64,000 nucleotides of DNA from an uncultured Phaeodactylibacter sp. (lineage in GTDB: Bacteria; Bacteroidota; Bacteroidia; Chitinophagales; Saprospiraceae), in contig CAZNSK010000001.1 in the NCBI GenBank assembly GCA_964575505.1, positions 83,259-147,258 on the forward strand, given 5' to 3'. This document shows, in pieces, positions 18,626-29,700 of this stretch. The first letter of the stretch is position 1; each line of letters begins with the position of its first letter. Below the pieces are notes generated by a model. That model was not told the origin of the DNA, made no database searches, and saw only the letters and a program-made list of their open reading frames with translations. The translations under genes and the position numbers were made by a program.

Positions 18626-19576
18626 TTAGTTTGAGCTGATAGCGTAGGAAACGCCAAGTACCCAGTAGGTTTGCAGTGGGTTTCCATCCCGGCCTGCCGC
18701 CAGCGCTTCCTGCTTGTTATTGCGCAAGCCAATGTCCAGGCCAATGCCAATCCCCTTGTATGCTGTGCTGAAGGTGTTCACCCAGGTATAATTTGAAAAA
18801 TCCTGGTTTTCGTAGCTCAGGAAAGCGGAGAGGTTGGACTTCAAGTTGAGCCCCTCGACAATGTTTTTTGTGTAGTCGGCTACCACCTTGGCACCAAGAG
18901 AGGACTCGTAGTTGAACGCTTCATCTGAAAAGACAAAGTTGTAGTTGAGCGGGTGAACGACCACAACGAGGTCAGTAACCGGCGTCCAGGTTGCACCCAC
19001 GCCTAAGTCGAGGTAGCCCGGGTTGTTGAGCTTACCGTCCAAGACAGACGTCCGGTATTCGGCCAGCGTGGAGATCGCCAGCTTAGGCGATAACTTATAA
19101 CCGTAGAGGGATACGATGTTCAATGCATCCGCAGACACCTGGAATTCATCTGTATCGTCATCGCTTTGCTTATTGTCAAATTTAAGCCATCCCAGCGTAA
19201 GGTTAGCACTATTGCGCCAGAAGGAATTTTCCCATTCGCCATTAATAAAAGCCGTTGAGGTCACTCCAATATTGACGGCAGAGGTGCTGGGCTGATCCTT
19301 GGGCAGCCAGCTGTCAAAGTTGGCAATATTGAGGCCAACATTGCCAAGCAAGCCCTTTTCCCATCTTGGATAAGGTGTCAGCTGATCGTTGAGGCCGGCC
19401 ACATCGGCTTCCAGTTTGTTGAGTTGCTTTTCCAGTGCCTTGAAGTCTTTCTTTAAAGAATCCAGGGTTGCTGTTTTGGCAGCTTTCTCTGCCTGTAGTT
19501 CTTCGGTGGTTTGCGCCTTTATACTGGCAGGCAGCAAAAGGCAGGCCGCCAGGGCGATGAATAGCATTTTTTGCAT
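18626..19576 (-). CDS. Outer-membrane beta-barrel protein, DUF3078-like, with N-terminal coiled coil
   Basis: Start placed at ATG 19576 (MQKMLFIALAACLLLPASIKAQ signal peptide). Alternating beta-strand pattern ending ...YWVLGVSYAISSN. The family call is from memory only. Confidence 0.6.
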   Translation of the reverse strand: MQKMLFIALAACLLLPASIKAQTTEELQAEKAAKTATLDSLKKDFKALEKQLNKLEADVAGLNDQLTPYPRWEKGLLGNVGLNIANFDSWLPKDQPSTSAVNIGVTSTAFINGEWENSFWRNSANLTLGWLKFDNKQSDDDTDEFQVSADALNIVSLYGYKLSPKLAISTLAEYRTSVLDGKLNNPGYLDLGVGATWTPVTDLVVVVHPLNYNFVFSDEAFNYESSLGAKVVADYTKNIVEGLNLKSNLSAFLSYENQDFSNYTWVNTFSTAYKGIGIGLDIGLRNNKQEALAAGRDGNPLQTYWVLGVSYAISSN

Positions 19577-19607
19577 CAGGTGTTTGTTTAAGTGAGCGGA
19601 AACGTTG

Positions 19608-19639
19608 CAAATGTAGAAAAGTGATGAGTAGTTCACCAA
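19608..19639 (-). promoter_or_regulatory. Candidate Bacteroidota promoter TTG-N21-TACATTTG
   Basis: On the minus strand, TTG lies at 19639-19637 and TACATTTG at 19615-19608, 31 nt before ATG 19576. Confidence 0.4.
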
Positions 19640-19834
19640 TTCTTACCAAAAATAGACGCCAGATTTCTGAATGGTCACCCGATGCTAACATCTGGAATAG
19701 CAATTGACTTTCAAATAGGGTAGGGGTGCATCCGGGCAGTGTTGCAAAATCAATCCTACTTCAGTTGAGTGTGGGCTTGGCAATGACCGGATAAGCCCGG
19801 TCTGCAGAAGCCACTTGGTGTTACGCTGCCGGGC

Positions 19835-19887
19835 AAAAAAATTGCCCCATTTGAACGCATGCTTTTGCACATGATGCCAAATGGGGC
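19835..19887 (-). terminator. Rho-independent terminator of the DJ-1/PfpI gene
   Basis: The minus strand reads GCCCCATTTG...CAAATGGGGC (10-bp stem) followed by AATTTTTTTG. Confidence 0.65.
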
Positions 19888-19976
19888 GAGCTTTTCGGAG
19901 AGGGGTATTTTAGACATCCTACGGTCTACCCTCAACAATTAATCGCTATTCATATAATTTAGGCAGAAGTACTGCT

Positions 19977-20528
19977 TTATACTTCCGTAAGCATTTGTTC
20001 TACAAGCCGTTGATTGAAGGCTTTCAGGTCATTTGGATTACGGCTGGTGGTAATGTTTTTATCGGTGACGACTTCCTCGTCTACCCAATTAGCACCAGCG
20101 TTTTCCAAGTCTTTTCGAATGGAACTGAAAGAAGTCATGGTCCTGCCGTCGACCAATTCTGCTTCGATGAGCAGCCATGGGGCGTGGCAAATAGCCGCAA
20201 TTGGCTTATTGAGTTCTGCAAACCCTTTGATGAAATCGATAACATGACCATGCCGGCGTAGCTTGTCGGGATTCATAACGCCGCCCGGTAGAACCAACCC
20301 CGTATATTCAGCTGGGTTGGCGCGGTCCGCAGTTAGGTCCGCATTAACCGGTGTCATAGCCCAGTTGCCTTTTTCCCATCCCCGGATTTCTCCATCATCA
20401 AGGCTGACTACCTGTACGGTTGCTCCTTCGGATATAAGCGCTTTCATGGGTTCCTGCAGCTCAGATTGTTCAAAACCATCAGTTGCAAGTATAGCGATTT
20501 TGTGTTTTTCCAATTTTCTGTTTTCCAT
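19977..20528 (-). CDS. DJ-1/PfpI family type 1 glutamine amidotransferase-like protein
   Basis: 183 aa with KIAILATDGFEQSEL...PIAAICHAPWLL (nucleophile elbow Cys-His). Confidence 0.85.
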   Translation of the reverse strand: MENRKLEKHKIAILATDGFEQSELQEPMKALISEGATVQVVSLDDGEIRGWEKGNWAMTPVNADLTADRANPAEYTGLVLPGGVMNPDKLRRHGHVIDFIKGFAELNKPIAAICHAPWLLIEAELVDGRTMTSFSSIRKDLENAGANWVDEEVVTDKNITTSRNPNDLKAFNQRLVEQMLTEV

Positions 20529-20703
20529 GGTTATTTGGTTTTATTCTTTCAACGGCTGCTGTAAACTGATGTTTACTCAGATGCAGTAAAGCCGTTTGAA
20601 CATTGATCGCCGTTCAGACGCTTTATATCAGTATCCAATATCCAATAATGTGAATATAAATTTTTTGAAGCGTCAACAGCGAGCAGAAAAGCGCCGGAGA
20701 GAG

Positions 20704-21498
20704 ATGAGAAAGGAGCTGGAAGAAACGACGACCCGCCCCAAGTCTCTGGAGCGTATCGTTAAGGAACAAATCGAGGAAAGCCTCGAGGAGTACCAGCGAA
20801 GCAGCAAAGCGCTCTTCCTTTCAGCCCTGACTGCCGGCCTGGACCTGGGGTTCAGTCTGCTGGTTATAGGCGTGCTATACACCATGTTCAACGACCGCCT
20901 ATCGGTGGAGGTCATGCGGGTCGTCCTGGCCATGGCATATCCCATAGGCTTTATCTTTGTTATCCTCGGCCGGTCTGCCCTGTTTACCGAACATACGACC
21001 CTTGCCATCCTGCCGGTACTCAGTGGGCGAGAATCCCTGCGGGAAATGGGGCGGCTTTGGGTCGTTATCTATGTGGGCAACCTGATCGGCGGGTACATCA
21101 TAGGCGCTGCTATTGCTTATATTGGTCCTAGGCTCGGCTTGGTTACCTACAGTGCGCTGGGAGAAATTGCCAAGCACCTCATTGATTACGCTCCTCCGCT
21201 TATACTGGTCAGCGCTATACTCGCCGGCTGGTTAATGGGGTTGGTTTCCTGGCTGGCTACCTCTTCTAAAGAGACCATAGCAAGAATTACCGTCGTTGTT
21301 ATTGTGACGGCGGTGATCGGTTTGGGTGGCTTGCACCACAGCATCGTAGGCTCTACGGAAGTTTTTGCGGGCATGTTGGCTTCCGATGATATCACCATTT
21401 GGGATTACCTGGTCACTCAGTTTTGGTCCACCTTTGGCAACATTATAGGTGGGGTTTTCTTCGTCTCTATCCTCAAATACCAAGTCACCCAGGATTAA
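20704..21498 (+). CDS. Formate/nitrite transporter (FNT) family channel protein
   Basis: Start placed at ATG 20704; the tracked ORF opens at TTG 20596. Six predicted TM helices carrying [10 protein letters not shown] and [10 protein letters not shown] motifs. Confidence 0.65.
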   Translation: MRKELEETTTRPKSLERIVKEQIEESLEEYQRSSKALFLSALTAGLDLGFSLLVIGVLYTMFNDRLSVEVMRVVLAMAYPIGFIFVILGRSALFTEHTTLAILPVLSGRESLREMGRLWVVIYVGNLIGGYIIGAAIAYIGPRLGLVTYSALGEIAKHLIDYAPPLILVSAILAGWLMGLVSWLATSSKETIARITVVVIVTAVIGLGGLHHSIVGSTEVFAGMLASDDITIWDYLVTQFWSTFGNIIGGVFFVSILKYQVTQD

Positions 21499-23006
21499 TC
21501 AACCGGTATTTCGAGCCGAGCGCCCTGGCATAGGATAACAGCCCGTTCAATCCGGTTCTCCAGCTCCCGGATATTGCCGGGAAAATCATACTGTTTCAAT
21601 TGGGTCATCGACTGTCCGGTTACTGCCGTAATTTCAGGTTTATGATACTTTTGGCTGAAAATATGGATAAAGTGCTGCAGCAGGATTTCAAGATCGCTCC
21701 GGCGTGCTCTCAGCGGTAGGTTATGAATAGGAAACACGCAGAGCCGGAAATACAGGTCAGCGCGGAATTGCCCACGATCAGCCTTATTTTTGAGGTCCTG
21801 GTTCGTCGCGGCAATTACCCGTATATCTACGTGTTGGGTGGAAGTGCCCCCAACAGCGTGAAAAGTGCCTTCCTGCAGGACCCGGAGCAGTTTGACCTGG
21901 GCATTTAGCGAAAGCTCTCCAACTTCATCCAAAAACAGAGTACCGCCATCCGCCCGGGCGAAATAGCCGGGTTGTGATTTATGAGCGCCGGTAAAAGCGC
22001 CTTTTTCATGCCCAAACAACTGGCTCTCAATCAGGTTTTCCGGGATGGCGCTGCAGTTGACTTTGATAAAAGGCTTTTTCCGCCGCTTTGAGCTTTGATG
22101 GATGGCCCGGGCCAGGAGTTCTTTTCCGGTTCCGGTTTCGCCTGTGATCAGCACTGTGGTTGCAGTAGTAGCGACCTGCTGTACCTGAAACAGCAGGTTC
22201 AGGTACTTCCGGCTTCTGGTCTTGATGAACGGAAAGGGAGATAAAGACCTGATAGGCGCAGTTAGGTCAAAGTCAGTTACCGGCCCGGCGCTGCTTGGGA
22301 GGCTTTCAAGCTGTTCTACTCTTTCCAGGTAGCCGAATATCCGGAACGTAGATAGTTGAGACCGTTCGGCTTTCGCATGGAGGCGGTAAACGTTGCTGGT
22401 ATGCTTTGGGTTCAGTAGGGTTAAATCGATTTGGAACTGTTTTCCTTCCTTGGTAGCGGTTGCCCAATGCTCAGAAAGGGCTTGCCGGGATCCGGAGGGC
22501 AAATGCCTGTTTAGCAGGCGCCGGAGCTGCAGGCGGGTCAGTTGGTGGATGCCGCTTTCCAGCCCGATTTGCTGTAGCAATTGGCCTCCGCTTAAAAGGC
22601 ATTGATTGCTGATTAAGCTAATTTCCCAAAATAGGGCGTGCTCTAATTGCCGGACTAAAGGCAAAAGATGAAGCAAAGCACCCCCGCTTGCAGGTAAAGT
22701 GGCTTGCACCAGCAACAGGTCGGCTAAGACCGGCAGGAATTGTACTTGCGTTGGAAAAGTTTGGTTTTCGGCAAACTTCATATCCATATAAGGGGAGGGT
22801 AGTTCATTTTTGCCCCAGTACTTCTTGTAAGTAACGTGATTAAGTCCAGGAAGGAGGTCAAATAAAGTCAGTGCGGGCTGCCGGCGCAGGGCACGTTTGA
22901 AAAACGAACTGTAGAATTGAATTTCTCCCCGCTTATTCACCAGCAAGCAAGGATAGTTAGCTTTCTTTACGGCATCAACCAATAAAGGAGTGCTTTTATC
23001 AGCCAT
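21495..23006 (-). CDS. Sigma-54-dependent AAA+ activator (bEBP) with PAS-like N-terminal region and no C-terminal HTH domain
   Basis: [19 protein letters not shown] (Walker A), [10 protein letters not shown] (GAFTGA loop), [11 protein letters not shown] (Walker B) and IRVIAATN are all present. The protein ends ...[21 protein letters not shown], directly after the AAA+ lid. Confidence 0.85.
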   Translation of the reverse strand: MADKSTPLLVDAVKKANYPCLLVNKRGEIQFYSSFFKRALRRQPALTLFDLLPGLNHVTYKKYWGKNELPSPYMDMKFAENQTFPTQVQFLPVLADLLLVQATLPASGGALLHLLPLVRQLEHALFWEISLISNQCLLSGGQLLQQIGLESGIHQLTRLQLRRLLNRHLPSGSRQALSEHWATATKEGKQFQIDLTLLNPKHTSNVYRLHAKAERSQLSTFRIFGYLERVEQLESLPSSAGPVTDFDLTAPIRSLSPFPFIKTRSRKYLNLLFQVQQVATTATTVLITGETGTGKELLARAIHQSSKRRKKPFIKVNCSAIPENLIESQLFGHEKGAFTGAHKSQPGYFARADGGTLFLDEVGELSLNAQVKLLRVLQEGTFHAVGGTSTQHVDIRVIAATNQDLKNKADRGQFRADLYFRLCVFPIHNLPLRARRSDLEILLQHFIHIFSQKYHKPEITAVTGQSMTQLKQYDFPGNIRELENRIERAVILCQGARLEIPVD

Positions 23007-23154
23007 TAAGGAATTGGTTTTTGGGGCGTAGACTCATAGGTATTGGGCGATGAAGGTAAGTAACCGCTGCACCCAGGCTGGAAAAGATTAGAAGCAATTT
23101 CGCTCCGTTTGGAAGGATATGAAAGGCGCTGAATTGATCTCGGCAGGAGTGCGC

Positions 23155-24198
23155 TTACTGTTTAAGTACAGATGTATCGCTGCGCAGCATGTTATACTGT
23201 GCCATTGCTTGTCGGGGAGTAGTTCCGTAAGCCTCCTTAAACCGGCGCGCAAAATGGCTCTGATTGGAATAACCGACCTGATTGGCAATCTCCCCTATGG
23301 ATAAGCGGCCCTCCATTAGCAGGTATTTGGCAGCTTCCATGCGAGCTTTTCTAAGGTACCGGCTGATCGTTGTGCCGTAAATCTGCTTAAACCCTTTTTT
23401 GAGTTTTTGTTGATTGATGCCGCTCAGGCGGGATAGCTCAACTATAGTAGGCGCATTTGCTAGATCCTCTACCAAAATTTGGCGAGCATCCTTGATTTTC
23501 TGAATATCGTATTGCTTCAGGGTTTTAAACTGCTTGCTTGGCGTAAGGTCGTCAGCAAACTGTTTGAGCTGCAGGGAAAGTAATTCCAGCGCCTTGGCTT
23601 CACAGTAAGCGCTTCGGACCAGCCCTTCGTACGTATTTTGCGACAGTTGATTGATGCAGTCGGCGGTAGGGACGCTGTAATTGCTTTCGTAAAGGAAGAA
23701 TTCCTGGCTGTCTACATCCCCAAAAGCGCGAGCCAAGCGGGTAGGCATCTTGTCGAGGTCGCATTCGGTTTTTTGGATGTAATCTTTACGGAGAACCTGC
23801 AGGTTGGTATGCAGGATGGGCATAGCCTCAGGAAAATAAAAAACTTGCCGGGCATGACCGGGGTTAGCCGTAATGGAGCCAGAAAATGGGTTGAGCTGAT
23901 AAGTTGTGTCCTGTTCGCCAAAGGTATGCCTGAGCCCTCCCTTTGTGCAAAAATTGAAGTGCAGAGGATGCGGATCGCCGCTTTCTACTGCGATCTGAAG
24001 GGCTTCTTCGAGCCGGCAATTGATCAGAAATAAACTGATGCCATCCCGAAAACAATAAGACTTGAAATGGCCTTCTCCCATGTTGTGAGGGACCTCCAGG
24101 CTATATTCCCGGCAGTCTTGGCTAACGTCGCAGTTGAAAACAGCTGCTAATTGCTCCAGCCAATCTTTCGCATTATAGTTCCCAAACTTAATTTTCAT
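23155..24198 (-). CDS. AraC family transcriptional regulator
   Basis: 347 aa with a C-terminal double HTH ...IVELSRLSGINQQKLKKGFKQIYG...IGEIANQVGYSNQSHFARRFKEAYGTTP. Confidence 0.88.
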   Translation of the reverse strand: MKIKFGNYNAKDWLEQLAAVFNCDVSQDCREYSLEVPHNMGEGHFKSYCFRDGISLFLINCRLEEALQIAVESGDPHPLHFNFCTKGGLRHTFGEQDTTYQLNPFSGSITANPGHARQVFYFPEAMPILHTNLQVLRKDYIQKTECDLDKMPTRLARAFGDVDSQEFFLYESNYSVPTADCINQLSQNTYEGLVRSAYCEAKALELLSLQLKQFADDLTPSKQFKTLKQYDIQKIKDARQILVEDLANAPTIVELSRLSGINQQKLKKGFKQIYGTTISRYLRKARMEAAKYLLMEGRLSIGEIANQVGYSNQSHFARRFKEAYGTTPRQAMAQYNMLRSDTSVLKQ

Positions 24199-24293
24199 GG
24201 AATCAGGAATTGTTCAGGGTTATAACGTAAGTTACAACCGTAGATGTTCGGATTGACACAATAATACTGAGGCAGGATCAGTTATCGCCATCT

Positions 24294-24857
24294 ATGATTC
24301 AGGACAATCTCAGGTTGTTAGGCTATTTTTTGTTGCTTGGGGTAGCTTTTGGGCCTTTGGTCTACTGTGGGAGCGCGCACCGGCATGCGTACGAAGTGGA
24401 GAAAGAAGCGCATAGGCGAGTAATAGCAGCCGCTCAGCGCAACCCGGTCAATAAGAGGGGCGTGGTTTATCGTTTCCCCGTTGCGGGCAAAAGCCCCCGG
24501 GATGTGATTTCCCGCTTTGGAGCCCCACGCGGGCGCCGTCGGCACGAAGGGATAGACATCAAAGCCAGACGGGGCACGGCAGTGCTCGCTATAGCGGATG
24601 GTACCATCGAACGCGTCAACCAAAGCAGGAAAGGGGGCAGGCAAATCTGGCTCCGGCTGGCAGATAGCACCCTTGTTTTCTACGCTCACCTGCACGAACA
24701 GTGGGTACAGCCCCGAGAAGCGGTTAACGCCGGACAAGCCCTGGGGAGCGTAGGCAATACGGGCAACGCCCGGCACACCACGCCCCATTTGCACTTTGAG
24801 ATCATTTTGCCCGGGCAGGGCGCTGTCGACCCCCTGCCGTTTTACGAGGGGGCTTGA
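24294..24857 (+). CDS. M23 family metallopeptidase
   Basis: 187 aa with an N-terminal TM or signal segment. HEGIDI and HLHFEI zinc-site motifs are present. Confidence 0.85.
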   Translation: MIQDNLRLLGYFLLLGVAFGPLVYCGSAHRHAYEVEKEAHRRVIAAAQRNPVNKRGVVYRFPVAGKSPRDVISRFGAPRGRRRHEGIDIKARRGTAVLAIADGTIERVNQSRKGGRQIWLRLADSTLVFYAHLHEQWVQPREAVNAGQALGSVGNTGNARHTTPHLHFEIILPGQGAVDPLPFYEGA

Positions 24858-24905
24858 ACGGATTAGGCCTGATTTCCGGGCTAGCTCCGCCCAGCTGTTG
24901 TTCCT

Positions 24906-26585
24906 TTAGCGGTTAATCACATTCTTAAACCGCGGCCGTTTAGGTTTCTGATCTCCTTGTTCTGCTTTCTTGTGCGCTTCAAACTGCGAGTAATTGCCCT
25001 CGAAAAAGACGGGCTCCTCATCGTAGTCGAAGGAAAGGATGTGGGTAGCCAGGCGGTCGATAAACCAGCGGTCGTGGGAAATAACCAGGACACAGCCGGC
25101 AAAATTATCCAGCGCGTCCTCCAGTGCTCTTAGGGTGTTGACGTCAATGTCGTTGGTCGGCTCGTCCAGCAGTAGCACATTGCCCCCTTCCTTTAGGGTC
25201 ATCGCGAGGTGCACGCGGTTGCGCTCCCCTCCGGAAAGCACGCCGAGTTTTTTCTGTTGGTCCTGGCCCGTAAAGTTGAAGCGGCTGATGTAAGCCCGGG
25301 CATTCATGGTGTAATTGCCGATTTCCAGTATTTCATTGCCATCCGATACGGCCTCGTGCACGGTCTTTTCTCCATCCTGAAGGTCCTCATGGCTTTGGTC
25401 TACGTAAGACAAGTCGACGGTGTCGCCAATGATGACTTCCCCGTTATCCGGTGCTTCCTTGCCCATGATGATGCGGAAGAGTGTGGATTTGCCGGCGCCA
25501 TTGGGCCCAATAATGCCGACTACGGCATTTCGGGGTATATCGAGGTCCAGGTTTTCAAAAATGGTGCGGTCGCCGTATTTTTTGGTTACGCTGTCCAGCT
25601 CGATCACCTTATCGCCCAGGCGCTGCCCGGGGGGGATATAGAGTTCCAGTTTAGCTTCCTGCGCTTTGCCGCTTTCGCTGGCCAGTTTTTCGTAGGCATT
25701 CAGACGGGCCTTGCCTTTGGCTTGCCGTGCCTTCGGTGCCATCTTGATCCAATCCAGCTCCCGCTGAAGGGTTTTGCGCCGTTTGCTTTCGGCTTTTTCT
25801 TCCTGTTCCAGGCGCTTGGCTTTCTGCTCCAGCCAGGAAGAGTAGTTGCCTTTCCAGGGAATACCTTCGCCCCGGTCGAGCTCTAGGATCCAGCCTGCTA
25901 CATTATCGAGGAAGTAGCGGTCGTGGGTCACGGCAATAACGGTGCCGGGGAAATTCTGCAGGTATTGCTCCAGCCAGTCTACCGATTCGGCATCCAGATG
26001 GTTCGTGGGCTCGTCCAGCAGAAGGATGTCAGGGTTGCTGAGCAGCAGCCGGGCAAGTGCTACCCGGCGGCGTTCCCCCCCGGAGAGCACACGCACCGGT
26101 GCATCATCGGGTGGGCAACGCAGTGCCTCCATTGCCGTATTGATGCGGTTGTCGAGCTCCCAGGCGTTTTGGTGCTCGAGCTGTTCCATCATCTCTCCCT
26201 GCTGCTCAATGAGCTTATTCATTTCATCGTCGCTCATGGGCTCCGAAAACTTCAGGTTGATCTCTTCGTAGGCCTTAAGCAGGTTGACCAGTTCCTGCAC
26301 CCCTTCTTCTACGATTTGGCGCACCGTCTTGTCGGGGTCAAGCTCCGGTTCTTGTTCCAGCATGCCAATTTTGTAGCTCCCGTCGAAGTGTATTTTCCCT
26401 TCGTAGTTTTCGTCCTTGCCGGCGATGATTTTGAGCAAGGTAGACTTGCCGGCACCATTGAGGCCGAGCACGCCGATTTTGGCACCGTAGAAAAAGCTTA
26501 GCCAAATATTGTTGAGCACTTTCTTGGAAGGCGGGAAAGTCTTGGAGACCCCTTCCATTGAAAAGATGATTTTTTCGTCAGACAT
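24906..26585 (-). CDS. ettA: Energy-dependent translational throttle protein EttA (ABC-F ATPase)
   Basis: 559 aa with two ABC cassettes (GLNGAGKST, GPNGAGKST, 2x LSGGE), no TM domain, and the N-terminus MSDEKIIFSMEGVSKTFPP typical of EttA. Confidence 0.9.
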   Translation of the reverse strand: MSDEKIIFSMEGVSKTFPPSKKVLNNIWLSFFYGAKIGVLGLNGAGKSTLLKIIAGKDENYEGKIHFDGSYKIGMLEQEPELDPDKTVRQIVEEGVQELVNLLKAYEEINLKFSEPMSDDEMNKLIEQQGEMMEQLEHQNAWELDNRINTAMEALRCPPDDAPVRVLSGGERRRVALARLLLSNPDILLLDEPTNHLDAESVDWLEQYLQNFPGTVIAVTHDRYFLDNVAGWILELDRGEGIPWKGNYSSWLEQKAKRLEQEEKAESKRRKTLQRELDWIKMAPKARQAKGKARLNAYEKLASESGKAQEAKLELYIPPGQRLGDKVIELDSVTKKYGDRTIFENLDLDIPRNAVVGIIGPNGAGKSTLFRIIMGKEAPDNGEVIIGDTVDLSYVDQSHEDLQDGEKTVHEAVSDGNEILEIGNYTMNARAYISRFNFTGQDQQKKLGVLSGGERNRVHLAMTLKEGGNVLLLDEPTNDIDVNTLRALEDALDNFAGCVLVISHDRWFIDRLATHILSFDYDEEPVFFEGNYSQFEAHKKAEQGDQKPKRPRFKNVINR

Positions 26586-26608
26586 AGGCGGTTTTTAAGT
26601 TTAGCGTT

Positions 26609-26639
26609 CAAATATAGGGGATAGGCAGGGTTCGGCAAA
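26609..26639 (-). promoter_or_regulatory. Bacteroidota-type promoter TTTG-N19-TATATTTG for ettA
   Basis: On the minus strand, TTTG lies at 26639-26636 and TATATTTG at 26616-26609 with a 19-nt spacer. The -7 box ends 23 nt before ATG 26585. Confidence 0.55.
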
Positions 26640-26724
26640 ACCGAAAAAACAAGCGCTTTTTTCCGCCAATTACTATTCGGGCCTTCCCGTCGAGTATTTC
26701 GCACCACGAATGCGCAGCTTCCCT

Positions 26725-26732
26725 TAAATTTG
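26725..26732 (+). promoter_or_regulatory. Candidate -7 box TAAATTTG upstream of the sensor-kinase operon
   Basis: Exact TAnnTTTG match 20 nt before the TTG start at 26753. The -33 element is poor. Confidence 0.35.
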
Positions 26733-26752
26733 CAACAACTTACTTAATACCA

Positions 26753-29700
26753 TTGAAATTCTACCACTACATATTCATTTTCCTGCTAGCGGCCAGTAGC
26801 CTGGCCAAAGCACAGTTGCCGCTCCCGGAAGGGGCCAAGGTGAAAGCCGTGCATATGGAGTGCAGCACAGACGCACAGGGGGCTACGCTGGGTGCGGTCC
26901 GTTGCTTCTTGCAGGATCAGGAAGGGTATATGTGGATCGGGAGCGAGAATGGGCTGTTCCGATACGATGGGTTTCATTTGACACCGTATTATAAGCTGTC
27001 GGTTCAGGACGGGCCGCAGGAAATGGGGTTCGTGTCTGCGCTCGTTACAGACAGCAGTGGTTACCTCTTTGCTAACTTGCACGCGGCCAGTGTGCTCCGT
27101 ATTCATATACCGACATTTACCATCACTAATTACCCTTTGCCGAAGGCACAGGCGGGAATTGCTGATATTCATCATCTGGCCGTATACCAGGGGCTGGTCT
27201 GGGGCGCTACCGAAAACGGCTTGTTTCAGCTGGACCCCAAAACCGGCGCTTTTACTTTTTACCAGCCCACTGAGCAGGATGATTTCCCGCTGAAAGCCGA
27301 TGTGCTCTATTCGGTCTATCCCGATCCGGATCAGCCGCACCGCATGTGGGTAGGCTCCATTAGCGGCTTGCTGTCTTTTGATCTCAACACCAGGAAGTTC
27401 AGGCCCCATTTTATCAAGTTTGAACATCCACGGCAGCGCTCAGAGCAGCTTTGGGGCTGCCTTGCTGAATATGAACCTGGAAAGTTGTGGTGCAGTGGTT
27501 ACGCCAGTGGCATGCGCATCTTCGACCAGGCAACCGGGCAGTGGCAAAGCCTGTTGAAAAACCCCTTCCAGCAAGACGTTTTCTTTATGCAGCGGCTGGG
27601 AAAATCGATTTACGGCGTGCATTATGACTATGGGGCCGGCCTGCTGAACCCCACAACCCAACAGCTCGACTTTTTCCGGGACCCCGGCTACCGTACTGTT
27701 GGGTACGAGCAGCATAAATACCATGCCTTGTATATGGACAAAGAACAGCAGTTGTGGGTGGGGTCCGACGCGGGCTTCTGCTACTTTCAGCCGGAAGTTC
27801 AGCCTATCCACCATGTATTTCTGCCCAAACGGGATAATGAATCGGAATTTTTCTTTACTGCTTGTGCAGAGGACATGGGTGATTATTACCTGTTGGCAAC
27901 TGCCTACGGCTATGGCCTTTACAAATGGTACAAAGCGGACGGACGTATAGAAATTATACCGCATAACATTTTCCAGGAGACGGATACAAGGCTGGATATT
28001 TATGCGAGCCTAAAACGGCCGGACGGCTCGGTAGATTTATTTACCCGCAAAGGAATGTGGCGCTATATTCCGGGGCAGGAAAAGGTCATTCCGATCAACC
28101 TTAACTTGGTTGCGATTCGGGCCAAGCAATGGCGGGTGCTCTATGTAGTCCAAACGGATTGGAAAACGCTGAAATACGTCCGGCAGGGGCGGGTGGTCCG
28201 CACCCTGAAGTTCAACGGTGAGGAATGGCCAGCACTGGACCGCATCACCAGTTTTACCATTGCTGAGGGCTACCTGTGGGCTATCGGCAATAGCACTTTG
28301 CTAAGGATTGCCCTTGCGGACGGGGAGTTGCAGTTGTGGCAGAATACAGAAGCGGAAACCCTGTTCCCTTATCGTCACTTGAGAGGCCTCGAAGTGGTGG
28401 GGCAGAAAATTATCATCGGCAACCGCTCCGCCGGTTTTGAGCTATTTGAATGCCGGGGCGACAGCCTCATTAAGCTGAATACTTTCTACGAAGACTTGTT
28501 AGGCCGCCGGCCTCAAGTGTTTTCCGCTGCCCGGCGGGGGCAAAAAGTATACCTGTGTACCAGCCAGGGGTTGACGGTTTACGATGTAGCGACTGATGCT
28601 GTCACTAACATCAATAAATCAGACGGCCTGTTGGTACAAAACCTGGGCAAAACCTGGATCAGTGAGGTGACGCCTATGGAGGATGGGCGCGTTATGGTGT
28701 CTGGGCATGGCTTTTTCACCCTGATCGAGGAGGATGCTCTGGAAGCACCGCCGCCGGTATTGCAGATCGGGCAAATTTTGCAGAATGGCAAGCCCTTGCC
28801 GGCGCAGTCGGGAAATGATGGGCTGCAGCTGGCGCACGACGAGAATGCTTTTGAAGTGCACTACAACGTACAACCGATGCGCCTGGGCCCTAAGCTGAGC
28901 TACCGCCACCGCCTGGCGGGCTTCGATGAGGGCTGGGTAGAGAGCCAGGGCGGGGAGGTGCGTTATACCAGCCTGCCGCCCGGCCCGTACCGCCTGGACA
29001 TTCAGGCCACCGCTGACTATCAGTGGCGGGAGGCAGCATCGGTGAGCCTGCCGGTCCGCGTTGTGCCGCCGTTTTACCAGACGTATGGGTTCTATGCACT
29101 CTGCACGGTCGCGCTATTGGGCTTTGCTGCCTATTTGTACCGCAAACGCATCAGCTACATCAAACAGGAAGAGGCGCTGAAATCAGAATTCAACAGGAAA
29201 GTGGCGCAGTTGGAAATGGAGGCGCTGCGGGCACAAATGAACCCCCATTTTATCTTCAATGCCCTCAACTCCATAGAGTATTATATCAACGAAGAAAATA
29301 CAACGGATGCTGTGAACTACCTGCAAAAGTTCGCTGCGCTTATTCGGATGACGCTGCAAAATTCCAAGCAGCCTTACATCAGTTTGCAGGAGGAATTGGC
29401 ATCCTTGAGGTACTATATAGAAATTGAGCAGATGCGGTTGGATAATTCATTCGATTACCAAATTGAAGTAGCGGAAGGGCTGTCGACTGCACAGATTTTA
29501 ATCCCCCCGCTTTTGCTGCAGCCCTATGTAGAAAATGCCATTTGGCATGGCTTGCTGTATCAGGACAACCGCAGAGGGCACTTGCAAATACAGTGCCGCC
29601 AAGATGCAGCGCGCACCGAAATCCGGATTACAGACAATGGCATCGGCCGGCAAAAATCGGCAGAGCTGCGCCGCCACCGCTTAAAAAATAAAAAGTCGAT

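Noticed and set aside
21000-24300. Search for a sigma-54 -24/-12 promoter (TGGCAC-N5-TTGC) near the bEBP gene and in all intergenic regions
   Set aside because: Only off-spacing or intragenic near-matches were seen (e.g. TGGCACCACTTTGTC at ~17596 inside a CDS, and TGGCACCTTCCAGCTTGCC at ~63130 with the wrong spacing). No promoter is called.
25209-26501. Long antisense ORFs (225 aa at 25209..25886, 192 aa at 25923..26501) opposite ettA
   Set aside because: They mirror the ettA coding frame, which is GC-rich at the third position. They carry no motifs, whereas ettA itself is unambiguous.
26786-27964. 213-aa and 174-aa minus-strand ORFs inside the sensor kinase gene
   Set aside because: They lie antisense to a gene with clear propeller repeats and have no recognisable features.
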